64,000 bases of DNA from positions 3,038,001-3,102,000 of the forward strand of contig NC_043025.1 of the NCBI RefSeq assembly GCF_006345805.1, in the 5' to 3' direction. The notes beneath the pieces were generated by a model that had not been told where the DNA came from, made no database searches, and saw only the letters and a program-made list of their open reading frames with translations. Below, piece after piece: positions 50,247 through 63,177 of this stretch; the stretch's first letter is position 1, and the number at the start of each line of letters is the position of its first letter. Made by a program: the position numbers and the translations under genes. The stretch is from Octopus sinensis (lineage: Eukaryota).

Positions 50247-50784
50247 CCGTATTTCCGGTGTATAAGCCGCTATTTTTTAGCTGGGAAATTTAGTGTGCCG
50301 CTTAGAGAAAGGTGCGCCTAATGTGTGTAACTTTTTTTATAAGTTCCAGGAGGAAAATAATTTGTGTATGGAGATCGAATGATTCCAGATTTTTTCGAGG
50401 AAAGGTCGGTCGATGAAAGACTATTGCTACAGTACATTGGTGCCTGGAAGAAAACAAAGCACATTTGTTTTGTTTTAACTTCATGTTTTGATAATGATAT
50501 TTGTTTTATCTACTATTTATCTAGAATTTAATATTGACGGAATGTGTTTGTTGCTGATTATAGTAAGATAAAATCAAAAAATCAACAATACATCTCATAG
50601 TTGAAGAATAAAACAGTTTGAAACTACATACACATCAACAACAACAAAGCTAGCTACGGACCGGTGGTTCCATAAGTCTTTATAAAACACCGGTGGTCTT
50701 TATGTGTGGATAAAACCAAAATTTTCCCCAAAATTCGTCTCAGCGGCTTCAATGCCGACGCGTTTTATAGACCGGAAAATACGG
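50247..50784. mobile_element. pogo/Tigger-type MITE with TA target-site duplication
   Basis: TA|CCGTATTTCCGGTGTATAAGCCGC ... GCGTTTTATAGACCGGAAAATACGG|TA. It is absent from the paralogous segment near 55990-56010. Confidence 0.85.
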
Positions 50785-50965
50785 TACTTAATTCCTTGAT
50801 TGGATTGTAGCTGTTTGTGAAATGTTTATTACTGAATTAAGTTCATTGCTGGATTACTGACACCTGATAAAGCTAATTAGATACATGATTACAAATCTAA
50901 TCACCTAGATATGTCATGCAAATTTTCAGCTTTTTTCTGGAATTATTTATATTATTTACATTCGA

Positions 50966-51760
50966 TCCAGCCTTCTTCAGGTGTCTTGGGGGATTTTTCA
51001 TTCCTAAGGTATTTTTCGATGTTATTATTATTATTATTATTATTGTTCAGGTCACTGCTTGGACTCGGACTCGGAATCTTGGGATTAGTAGCCCGTGCTG
51101 TTAACCACTACGCCATATGCCCATAGGCATTATGGAGTGAATTTTAGGGCATATAAATCTAATATTTTCTATCTTTCCTTAATACCGGTTCCCATATGCT
51201 GCGTATATCTGCACTCGGTCTGCTTAGGCAGTTGTTGTGTCCTAGCATATGTGCTACTTCTTTTAGTTTTCGTATTTTTCTGTGGTGTTCTCTGTCTACT
51301 ATTTTAACTTCATTTTCCTTTACATGATCAGCTATACCCGATTTATCAATATCTCCTCGTGTCGCAGCTTTGCGATGTTCGTCTACCCTTGTTTCGAGGG
51401 GGCGGCATGTTTCGCCTTTGTATAACCTACCACACCTGCATGGGATGGAGTACACGCAGTCTTTGCTCACATTCTCTTCTATTGGTGGTTTTACTCAAAG
51501 GATTTATTTGCGAAGTATTGTATCATTCTTGAATACTGTTCTGATGTCATATGGGCTGCATATCTTTTGTATATTTTCGTAGAGGCCTTTCACATAGGGT
51601 AGACAGACTTTAGACAGTTTATTGGCCTTATCCTCTCTCTTCTTCATAATTGGAGTGGTTAGTATACTTTTGTGGTAGTTGTTGCTTAACAGATCGTTAT
51701 TGAGCTTGATCATTTCTTCGTGGTGTTATCACGATCGCTACTTATATTTTTTGCACGATG
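50966..51760 (-). mobile_element. PLE 3' fragment: GIY-YIG endonuclease, tRNA-like segment, (TAA)n and half a hammerhead
   Basis: LPYVKGLYENIQKICSPYDIRTVFK and CVYSIPCRCGRLYKGETCRPLETRVDEH..SGIADH..RKLKE. A tRNA-like stretch lies at 51122-51049 and CTGAAGAAGGCTGGA at about 50980-50966. Confidence 0.85.
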
Positions 51761-52080
51761 CAATTTATATTCAATGCAATAGTTTCATAAACCAACGGTT
51801 CCGAATAATTTTGCAAGACTATTTTGTAAAATATTAGCAATTTTGGTTCGGGATTATTTTCTGAAAGGAATAACCATATTTATATTGTATAAAAGAATGG
51901 ATTGTTTCATTCTATTCTGTTAAAGATGTGTATGGTTGTATGTAGATTTGAAAGTGTGCATAGTAACATGGATTTATGAAAGGATGTATGTATATTTATC
52001 TACATCTCTCAATGGATGCATTGTATTCTATACATGAATGTATATGTAGCTGTATGTACAGTATTGCTGTAGGTTCAATT

Positions 52081-52135
<55 letters not shown>

Positions 52136-52798
52136 AGTATTTGGTTTGCAAGATTCTTGATGTGGACACGTATTCCGAAACAGATTTTGTTGTACCTTAG
52201 GAGGATAATAACGACAATATCTAACACACACGCACTGGGTCAATATATGTGCATGTATGTATGTATGCTACAGTTTGTAAACGAAAGAGAACTGTAATGA
52301 ATACATGGTACAGAGTGTTTATTCCCACATCTATTAGAATTGAGGTTCGTTTTCATTGGTCAGTGCGTTTTGATGGATAGTTATTTGCTCCACTAGTAGC
52401 TGTTTGTTGAATAGTATTATGTTTTGCCGTTCTACCTCTTCTACGTCTTTAATAATTTTCAACTCCAATCTTTAATATTAAACAATTTCGACGTCTTCTC
52501 TTGGTAAAGATCTAATTTTTCTTTTGGAGCAATTAAACTTTGTGATACAATATTAAATGATTCGACGCTCATAGACTTCATTTCCCTGAACAACTTACAT
52601 AAGTGGATGGTATATTTATTATTTCCCAGGTTATCTTCATGTTTACACTCCGAAAGGATTGCATTATATCTTTGTACATTTCAGACAGAAGATATTGCAT
52701 TACGTTGATGTACGTTTCAGAATAAGTGTACATGCTTTGGGTATCTTTCTTTAAACGTTCTCCACGTTGCCATGTTGTAGCTTTTATATAAAATTCTA

Positions 52799-53930
52799 CA
52801 GGGATTGGATAATATAATTGGAAACACCTAGCATCATAGCATCATAATTTTGAAATACCTACAAAACATCAAAAGCTTGTTTATTTTTATGTGTTTTGAT
52901 TTATTATTAGTGTTGCTTAATATGTTCTGCTAAAATTTCTGTTTCTTTTCAGATATAAGAAAAAGGTAATTAAAATTCATTCAAGTAACAGATTTATCGG
53001 ACTTTCAAAGAAGACAAATTGTTGGTACTCGTATGTCAGGCGCTAGCGTAACGAAAGCAGCCGAAATGTTTGGTGTATGAAGAAGCACTATCTCGAAAGT
53101 AATGACAGCCTTTGAGAAAGAAGGAAAAACCTGCTCGTCGGCACAAAACTCCGGAAGAAAACCAAAACTTTCAGATAGAGACCGTCGGACTCTTACGCGA
53201 ATTTTTAGAAAGTATCACAAAAGTACAGCTCCCAAAATTGCCGCGGAACTTAATGACCACATCAAGCACCCGCTTTCCACAAAACCTCTTTGGTGGCAGC
53301 TGCACAAAGCCGGATCTCACAGGAGGGCCGCAATCAGAAAACCGCTACTTTCAAAATCAAAGGCTGCAAAGCGTTTAGGGTGGAGTAAAAACCTACAGAA
53401 TTGGTCCCTAGAGCAGTGGAAGAATGTTATTTTCTCAGACGAGTCATCCTTTACTTCATTTCCAACCACCGGCCAAGTATGCGTGTGGAGACAGTCAAGA
53501 GAAGCATTTAACCCATACTGCCTTCTTCCAAATCTTAAACATGGAGTAGTATCTGTGATGATCTGGTGAGGTATATCTTGGAAATCTGCCGGCCCAATGG
53601 TTTTCCTTCATGGTAGAATTAATAGTCAAAGCTATTTAAGCATTTTATCGCATCAAATTCAACCTATGTTTACGGAACTGTTTCCGGGGAGAAATGCAAT
53701 CTTTCAGGATGATAATGCACCAATTCACACAGGCAAAGTTGATACCGAATGGGCTGAGGAACATTCTAGTGAAGCTGAAAATCTTACCTGGCCATCACAG
53801 ACTTCAGATCGCAATATTATTGAACATTTATGGTGCATTTTAGAAAAACAAGTAAGGAATCGATATCCTCCACCATCATCATAAGAAGCGGAGACTGTTT
53901 TAGCTGAAGAATGGACAACATTTTTAGAGC
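52799..53930 (+). mobile_element. Tc1-family DNA transposon, decayed transposase; right terminal repeat not found
   Basis: Left end TA|CAGGGATTGGATAATATAATTGGAAACACC. Protein motifs: LSDFQRRQIVG HTH, SGRKPKLSDRDRR, VIFSDES, IFQDDNAPIH, WPSQTSDRNIIEHLW (DD34E-like). Contains internal stops. Confidence 0.9.
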
Positions 53931-54499
53931 TATATCTAAGGTTATGATGGTGTGGAGCTGAATGGGAGAAAGATGGAAAGCGCTGGCCGCAAAATAACCT
54001 GCAGCCCAGAATTCGTGAGAACAGCTGCCTAGATGGTAACTCTCTGGCAAAGTTAATTGCATTCAGTGCCAAGGTTGTGTGATACTGTGAAGATGAACCT
54101 AAAATATATATTGGGCAACGGAACTACCATTCAAACATCGATTTTATAAGCATAGACATTCATTTGTCTGCACTTATAGAAAACATGTCCCGGTTTTGTA
54201 GTGGTTTATATAGATAGACTGGCAATCGTACAGGAACAGGGGCTTCAAATAGTAGATGCAGTATGACCTTCGAGCGAAAAATTAAGAATTTTGTCTCAGC
54301 TTGTTATAGTTGGAACAAAGGAACGGAACAGTTAGTGTCTTGTATGCATGTAGCTAAGCATCCTTTGTGTAAATACCAGCAGTCTTCAATTTCATTCTAA
54401 TTCAGAAAAAATGCTGGCTTCTAAATATTTCATTAATATAGGTGCATGCGTGGATAATGGACCTAAAACGAATGAAAAACCAATACATATATACACGCG

Positions 54500-54536
<37 letters not shown>

Positions 54537-55521
54537 ACACACACATATATATATATATATCTGTGAGTATGTATGTGTGTGTGCACTGCCGCAGTTCCAT
54601 ACACACATATACACACATGCACTCACGTATACACGCATCAAAATATATTCCTTTATATTAACTACAATACAATGTTCTTATTAACTATTAACTTGTGATA
54701 AATCTGGTGGTGGTGTTATATTAGGCAATAAATAACCCTTACCAATGAAATCATTCTCGTTGCATAAATTTCCGATGCAACAACCAACACAAGAAATACC
54801 TTTGGTCCATTTAATGCATGTAAAGATATTGTCTACCATAGCTTGAACACGTTTCCTGTATGTGCTGCAGGACTTTTCAGTCTTCAGCGTAACACCGTTC
54901 TTTGATAATGCGAACCGGCATACTGGCTGTAATATTAGGTATGAAAATTATATACTACAAGTTAACAGCAGCAGAAAACCTCTGTAAAATATATTGCCAT
55001 TTACCACATAAAAATAATGTTTTTAATGCTTACATATTATAATCTTTCTCAACCTTATCATTTCGGGTCCCCTGTTTCAATTGGAGCCTCCGGCTGTAGG
55101 AACATTTCCTGACATCCCCACCATTGTCAGAAAACAGGTTCAGGAGTTATGAAGAACGAATTTGTACTTAGTCTTTTTCTGAGAGCTATTCTATTGGACC
55201 TCTGTCTAATCATTAAAACATTGATTTAATTATGAAGATAGAAATAAATTATACATTAATCCCTATTTTTGTTAGCAGTTGTATCCATAAAAATTTTATA
55301 TAAGACGGAAACAGAATAATTCTTTAGTTAAGGGGTTGTATAAAGACTTCTAAAACCACAGGCCACGCAATAGACAGACTTAGTAGTAGAATTGACGATA
55401 CAAAGCTACATTTCATTTAACAACACCAAGCAGAGTAGAAAAAAAGAAAGTAGTTGTGTTCCGGTTGACAAGAGAGCGACCAAAGATCCGGAAGACAGAA
55501 GAAGCTAAAAAGCACACACAC

Positions 55522-55615
<94 letters not shown>

Positions 55616-55627
55616 GTATACATACAT

Positions 55628-55682
<55 letters not shown>

Positions 55683-56469
55683 GGCACATAGACTATTGGC
55701 TCGGAGAGTTCTGTCAACTAGAAAACACTTCCACTGCACTCATCTGAGAAGATATACCAGCAACAACCAGGGGTTAAACTTGCAACAGACTGGCATCTCT
55801 TTTAGTGGGATGTCTTCTATCCCCGGGTGTTGGAATATGTTGGATACTGAGAGAGACTGCGGCCTAATGGGCCTGAATAGCATGTAGAGAAGATAACTAA
55901 GAAACTACTTCAATGAAGACATTGAGGCGTGCGCAGTCTCATGTTAGTGTAACATTGATGGAGTGAAAGTAGACATGAACGTGTAGAAGACAAATCTACG
56001 TCCGGTGCTTTGATTGGAATGTAGCTGTTTGTGAAATGTTGATTACTTGAACAATGACAGTTGAATGACCTGATAATACTAATTAGATAAATGATCGTAA
56101 ATCTAATCAACATGATACATTTTGCAAGTTTTAACATTTTAGTGGAATGTTTAAAACAACAAACGGAATCAATGCCTCTTCCGGTGGTATTTGATCTTAG
56201 TCTGCGGTATTACAGTATTTCATCTAGAAAACGAACGGTAGCAACAGATCAGATTTAATCCTTTATTTAACAATTTTAAAGCTTACATTGATAACATTAA
56301 ATTGGCAAGAAGATAGAATATCAATATAATTTCAAATCATGCAATATTTTCTGTTTCAAGCCATAGTGAGGCCCTGAAACTTGTGGAAATTACATTATGG
56401 TGGATTATACAGTCTCATGCATGCATAGTGTTGTATTGAAAGGTACAATTATAGTGTCGTTACAAGGAA

Positions 56470-57476
56470 AAAATATTTTATATAATATATGCAGAAAATA
56501 TTATTTTATATCATACTAGCAGTATTGCCCGGCTCGTGCGTTCGTGCGTTCTATGCACGCGCAAATTAAGCTAAACTTGGATGAAGTTCAATCAAAATTG
56601 AATTATTTTGGTTTTAAAATCAAGCATTTAATGCCCTCTATTTTTGAGCTTATATGTATTCCATTTCCTCAATAGGAAGTACGTAGAAGCGTTTCATAAA
56701 TTTTTGTTGATCAAATAATTGCATTGTTGAATTATTCTTTTAGATCAGTATTTCTCAACGGGGATTTCAGGGAGTCACTGGCGATGTATCGTGATGATCA
56801 AAAATCTGGCCTGCTAAAATTTGGTTAAAGTGATTCAAACTGCAGACTCAATGCAAAATGGTCACATTTAATTCAAAGCGTTAAACATGTTATGAAAACA
56901 ATTGGTATGTGTTCACAAAGTCCAAACGATTAATACGAAAAAACCCTCCAGGCTACATCCCGAAAATTCATTTCTATGACGAATTTCTACAATGTTTATG
57001 GCGATTCGTTTTTATATCTTGATTTTTTTTTTTTATCATGCAATTTACGCATGCTTGCACGCATGGTGAACACAGTTCACGTCAAACAGCTGACTGAGTA
57101 AAGTTCACTATTCAATGCATGGGATAAGGTCTAAACAAACACATTATCGATTTTTGCACTTACGAGATGAATTTCGGAACAGAAATAGCGTAGTTCAATT
57201 TTCATTCGGCTAAACTTTAAGTGACCTATTTTTGGTGGTTCTACAATTTGTTGGCTAGGAGGCGATGTGCCTGGAAGTTAAACACACAGACACACACAGA
57301 TACACACACACAGACACACAAGTTGAGTTTTATATATATAGATATGGAGAAAATATCATTTTATATTATATATGGAGAAAATATTATTTTATATTATATA
57401 TGGAGAAAACATTATTTTATATTATATATGGAGAAAATATCATTTTATATTATATATGGAGAAAATATTATTTTAT
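56470..57476. repeat. 28-bp minisatellite (ATATGGAGAAAATATTATTTTATATTAT) split by the Helitron
   Basis: Units start at 57345, 57373, 57401 and onward. A further unit starting at 56490 spans the insertion. Confidence 0.85.
56516..57342 (-). mobile_element. Non-autonomous Helitron (827 bp)
   Basis: Minus strand begins A|TCTATATATATAAAACTCAACTTGTGTG and ends GCCGGGCAATACTGCTAG|T, with no TSD. Removing it restores the 28-bp minisatellite phase. Confidence 0.88.
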
Positions 57477-57763
57477 GGCATAATATATAATCAAAGACGA
57501 TTCTTGGAGGTTCTTTTTCGATTTTCACTCAGAAGTAAGTTTCTGCTGCTCTATCCTCTGTTTCATTAGCAGTACTTGAACCTGGAAACATAATGAAAAA
57601 ACATAAAATATAAAATTTTAAGCACATTAATTACCGGACAGTATAATACACACACACACACACACACACACAGATATATATATATATACATACCCACATA
57701 CACACACGCACACACACACATGCACACACACACACATGCACACACACACACACACACACACAT

Positions 57764-57848
<85 letters not shown>

Positions 57849-57988
57849 AAGTATAATAGCCATCTCAAAATGGCTAACCACAAAGGGGGGTGTTACTGTA
57901 GCTGTTAGCTCCAGATCATCGTCTCCAGCTGGCTTTAGGCACACTATCTGTGCCCTTATGGTATTTGCAAAGGGAGGCTTATATGTGT

Positions 57989-58722
57989 CTCTGAAATCGG
58001 TCCGATATGGTAATAATGGAATTTTTTAGAAATTTCTGTCGACCTTTTTTCGAGTAGCGTGCGTATTGTGAAAACATTATATGGTTAATGGACAATATGT
58101 CCAATTTTTCGGCATATTTAGCATTAGAAATTTTTTCCTCTGCCCTCATTTATGAATTGGTTGTGAGGTATTTTTTGATATGCTGGCCATTGATAAAATT
58201 CTTTTCGAAAAAAATTTTATCCTACTTTAGATATAAATTTAAGCGTTCACTTCCGGACTAGCTCACTCTGTGAAAACCTCAGTTCAAATCGCAAGTGTCT
58301 CGAATGGGCTGGAGTATTTCTATTTTGGATGTATTTGGGGTACTTAGTTGTGCTCATGACTTAGTGTTTGCTTCTTCCATGGGTATGAATAAGTATCTCA
58401 TTTATTTCTTTTGCCACATGTATCACTGACGAAGAGAGGGCTCTTAGTAGCTAACTCTGAAATCGGTCCGATATGGTAATAATGGAATTTTTTAAGAAAT
58501 TACTGTCGACCTTTTTTCGAGTAGCGTGCGTATTGTGAAAAAATTATACGGTTAATGGACAATATGTCCAATTTTTCGGCATATTTGGCATTAGAAATTT
58601 TTTCCTCTGCCCTCATTTATGAATTGTTTATAAATTTAATCGTTAAAGGTATTTTTAATATGCTGGCCATTGATAAAATTCTTTTCTAAAAAATATTTTT
58701 TCGAAAAAAATTTTATCCTACA
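57989..58722 (+). mobile_element. Partial-tandem direct repeats (~235 bp) with a hammerhead motif; PLE pseudo-LTR-like
   Basis: 57989-58225 matches 58455-58720. At 58421-58473: TATCA-CTGACGA-AGAG...CTCT-GAAA-TCG-GTC|CGATA. Confidence 0.7.
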
Positions 58723-58727
58723 TTAGA

Positions 58728-58798
<71 letters not shown>

Positions 58799-60519
58799 GT
58801 AAAATAGAAGTGTAGGAAGACAGTGAGCTTCACTGTTGTTTGGAGAAGGTATAAAATACAACTTTTAGGAACTGTAGTGATTTTTATTGGCGCAGATGTT
58901 TGTGAATGTATCCAGTATCGAAGTACGAAAAGGTAATGCTTTAGTTCACGGTTAGCAACTGTGGTTTGGATATGTATGTGTGTGACTTTATATATGAATA
59001 TATTTATATTCACTTGCCCTCCCTCTCTTCTTCACTCTCTCTCTCTCTCATCCTCTCTCTCGTTCTCTGTGTATATGCATACACAGCCGCACTCATCTAC
59101 TAAGGAAAGTTTGAAATTATCTTCATTTACTAAAACTTTCTGTGGTTGGACTGCCTTATGCGCTCGTGTGCTAAACAAAAGGTTGTACTCATGTAGTTAC
59201 CTAACTGAGGGCCGACTTTCATCGCTCCAGTTTTCTTTCTTGTGTTACAGAGTAAATATGGCTTGCAGTGTGCCCAAAGAAAAATCAGGGATCAGTGACT
59301 GAATTTCCAAGACCGAAGGTGTTCCAGGGGCTGAAATTCATTGTAGGCTTTCAGCACAATACTAGGACAGCACTCTGCCGCGTAGAAGTGACTTTGAGTG
59401 GATGGATAAGCTTTAAAACGGTTGGGCAAACGTGAATCAGGAAGAGGGAGCAGGGCGCCCATCAACTTCCACCACTGATGTGAAGAATCAACAAACTCGC
59501 GTAATGGAGCCGAGTAAACCGACGAGTGATCACCGACGGCGTGGTATGTTCTCTGCAAATTCTTCACTTACTATTGAATGACACGTCTACTGTTCCTCAT
59601 GTTGGAGTGAGAGTAATAGTTATCATAGAGACGGTGAGGGCAATAATGGATTGGTGGTTGTGGTGATAATGGGGTTATAGTAATAGTATGAGCTGTAGTT
59701 GTGATATAGGCGGAGGTGAAGGTGGTGGTGGTGATAGCCAAGGCGGTCAGACATGACGGTGAAAGTAAAGGATGTGAAAGACAGTGATGGTGGTGGAGGG
59801 AAAGGCGGCAAAGTCAAAGGAATTGATGGTAGTGGCGTCAGGAATCTGAATAATGTATGTATGGCAGTTGTAGTGGCGATGGTGGTACTGGTGATGGTGA
59901 TGGTTGAAAACAATCAACAGAAAGAGAGAGATAAAGGAAGAGGCTAGAAAAATAAAATTGTACTGACCCTCGAATGGGACGACAAATCATGTTGTTTATC
60001 ATGCAGCTTTGCAATAAATTCCAAGTCGACAAATTGTATCATTGTTTTAATGAAGATTGTTCATTGCTTGAAAAATATTCGTCACGTTTAATAATATTTA
60101 ATATGTACTTAATGCATGAAGTCTCATTGTTGTGACCAAGGCCCTATGAAGAGCCCTCCACAGGAGTTAGCTTAAAAGCTGCTCGACAGGGCGGCTTTTA
60201 AGCTTGTAATACAATATATGTTTCAATCAAATGTTCCATAGGTGTCCATACATGACGGTTGTACTCGTTCTAAGGAATGGACAGTTCGTTTTACATCGAA
60301 ATTGTTTAGATAAACGCTGCTGGTACTTAACAAGATCATTTGGTAATCAACGAGTCCGGCGTTCAAACTCACTCCTTAGCACCTTGTGTAAATAAATATA
60401 TAACACAGACTCTGGTTGATAAATAAGAGTTTGAGGGGAATTTAGCGGTTGAAATCGTTCTCTAATCCCAATTGTGAGTATATATGTGTGTGTGAGTCTC
60501 TGCGTGTGTATAGTGTGTA

Positions 60520-60664
60520 TCTGTATGCATGTATGCATGTATGCATATATGTATCTATGTATGCATGTATGTATGTATGTATGTATGTATGTATGTATGT
60601 ATGTATGTATGTATGTATGCATGCATGTATGTATGTATGTATGTATGCATGTATGCATGTATGC

Positions 60665-60697
<33 letters not shown>

Positions 60698-60805
60698 TGT
60701 ATGTATGTATGTATGTATGCATGTATGCATGTATGCATATATGTATGTATGTATGTATGCATGTATGTTTGCATGTATGTATGTATGCATGTATGCATGT
60801 ATGTA
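60520..60805. repeat. (TATG)n/(TGCA) microsatellite
   Basis: Visible directly in the sequence. Confidence 0.9.
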
Positions 60806-60893
60806 GTGAGTGCCCATAGCCTAATGGTTAGGGTGTTGTAACATAAAATTAAAAATATATCAAATTTTTCAGTCTTTATTTATATTCTTTTAT

Positions 60894-61079
60894 TTGTTTC
60901 AGTCATTTTTACGGAGCCATGCTGGAGCACCGCCTTTGTCGAGCAAACCAACTCAGGACTTATTATTTGTAAGCCTAGTACTTATTCTCTTTTGCCGAAG
61001 CGCTAAGTTACGGGGACGTAAACACACCAACATCGGTTGTCAAGTGATGGTGGGGGACAAACATAGGCACACAAACACA

Positions 61080-61173
<94 letters not shown>

Positions 61174-61326
61174 TACGATGGACTTCTTACAGTTTCTATC
61201 TACCAAATCCACTCACAAAGCTTTGGTCGGCCCGAGGCTATAGTAGAAGACACTTGCCTAAGGTGCCACGCAATGAGATTGAATCTAGAACATGTGGTTG
61301 GTAAGCAAGCTACTTACCACACAGTC
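60894..61326 (-). mobile_element. tRNA-derived SINE (same family as 35246-35688)
   Basis: Colinear similarity in head, internal microsatellite and tail. Confidence 0.85.
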
Positions 61327-62399
61327 ACACCTTTATAAGCTGTGAGTTTCCCTGCCTAGAACTTTCATACATACTCACCTTGTCTCCGATGGAGGAATAC
61401 GCAGTGTACGGATATGCTAGCCTATCAGTGGGGACATCCCAGAAAAAGCTGGGATACCACAAACGATATCCAAGTTCAATTACGATAAATGACTCCTGCC
61501 TTGATTTTTGTTGTCCTTTCTCTCTAATATATACTTGTTAACACGGCATCCTAATACGTATCCCAAGCTCCAGCCTCAGCCGTGAACTTGGAAACTAACG
61601 GATGACCAATTATAGCACTTACTCTGCATAACTATTCTTTTGATCACAAGTGAACTAAACCTCCCACATCCTCGATATATATAAGGTTATGGCTAAAAAT
61701 TAATAGTTTACTCCAAGTACCCATACTCAGTTCCCACCACAGTCGTGAGACACCTCCGGAACCTGACAAATGCGTTTCTGACCGGGTTCCTGGTTTTTGA
61801 ACACCTCTCTAATCTTAGCAACCAGCTCAGCCTTGCGGGCAGGTAGGCAGGCTGATGTCTTTCTCAACCTGACCCACACATGGTAGGAATTAGGAGGTCA
61901 TAAATTGGGTTTAATGAAAGTAAATTTTCTGACAATATCTTCTGACTCTTTTCCAGGGATTTTGCAAAGGGCCGCATCCTGCTGCCACACTTGACCTTAC
62001 AGCAGCTACCCTTCCCGGTAAGTAGCCTTTTTCGAATTCAGCTTAAGACTCTGTTCATAGGTTAAACTATGACACAGGGCCAAGAACAAGTGCCTGACAA
62101 CAGGGGAGGATGCAGGGCTACACCGCTTTAAATGTGTTTGGGTGAAGTACAGTATATATATATAGTCAATAGTAAAATAATTTACTTTACCACACACCGA
62201 ACTTTTAGAAATAGCAGCCAAAAAATTTTAGCTATTTCCTCTACTATAAGAAATTTAATTTAATTAATTTTATCCTTTTATTATTGACAATATAATAAAC
62301 TACAGATCCCTCTGTAGGAACTTGTTGCTCTACAACTCACGTGGGTGGACGAGGGAAGTTACAAAACCTCATTCGTATCCAGCCACTGTCACTTCTAAA

Positions 62400-62825
62400 T
62401 GGGCAAAAGCATCTCTTAGAACCTGATATCGAATTTCACATTCGGGACATCAAGGAGAAAGAGGTGAATGATTTCGTGAGAAAAGCTAGAGCAAAGAGTG
62501 CCTCAGGAGATGACGGCGTCTCGTATAAAGTCTACAAGTACTGCAATCGTCTGCGAAAGAAGCTCTTCATCCTACTCCGACAGCTGTGGCGCGAATAGAC
62601 TCTAGTAGAGGATTGGTGTAAGGCAGAAAGCATATACCGGTTGAAAGAGGTCAATGCAGAGACTATGGAACAGTTTAGGCCGATATCCTTATTGAATGTG
62701 AAAGACAAGATCTTAATACGAATTCTCTCGGGGAGAACAGTGACATATTTACAGAATAACGGATATGTTGATGAATCTGTTCAAGAGGCCGGAATCTCTG
62801 GGATGCCTGGATGCGTTGATCACTG

Positions 62826-62826
<1 letters not shown>
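62400..62826 (+). mobile_element. Non-LTR RT N-terminal fragment, possibly HERO/RLE-type
   Basis: KARAKSASGDDGVSYKVYKYC, QFRPISLLNV and NGYVDESVQEAGISGMPGCVDH. Truncated at (TA)n. Confidence 0.75.
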
Positions 62827-62909
<83 letters not shown>

Positions 62910-63085
62910 AATTTATTATTATTATTAATATAAGGAAATTAATATCCAAACTCATCATAAAGATATACTCGTGTGAAAGAACTTATTGTATTACAGATAT
63001 ATATAAATAAATACATCTAAAAAAATACAAAAATAATGTATAAAATAAATTTGATAGTTTAAAAGTTTTAAATTAATTATTTAAG

Positions 63086-63177
63086 CATCTTACGATCGTT
63101 TCGCACAAGAGTTGTCCCTATTATGAAATCCTATATTGATAAGCATTTATAGACAACCCTTCTGCTCTTCAGTGATA
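63086..63177 (-). ncRNA. Minimal hammerhead ribozyme motif
   Basis: ATCA-CTGAAGA-GCA...TGC-GAAAC-GATC-GTA|AGAT. Stem III is palindromic (ACGATCGT), stem II is extended (GGTTGTC/GACAACT), and stem I has one mismatch. Confidence 0.75.

Noticed and set aside
51049-51122. Genuine tRNA gene
   Set aside because: The acceptor stem and T-loop are degenerate and the segment sits inside a retroelement. I treated it as tRNA-derived.
59292-59580. Possible host exon or CR1-like fragment
   Set aside because: GC content is higher, but I found no convincing motif or splice pair.
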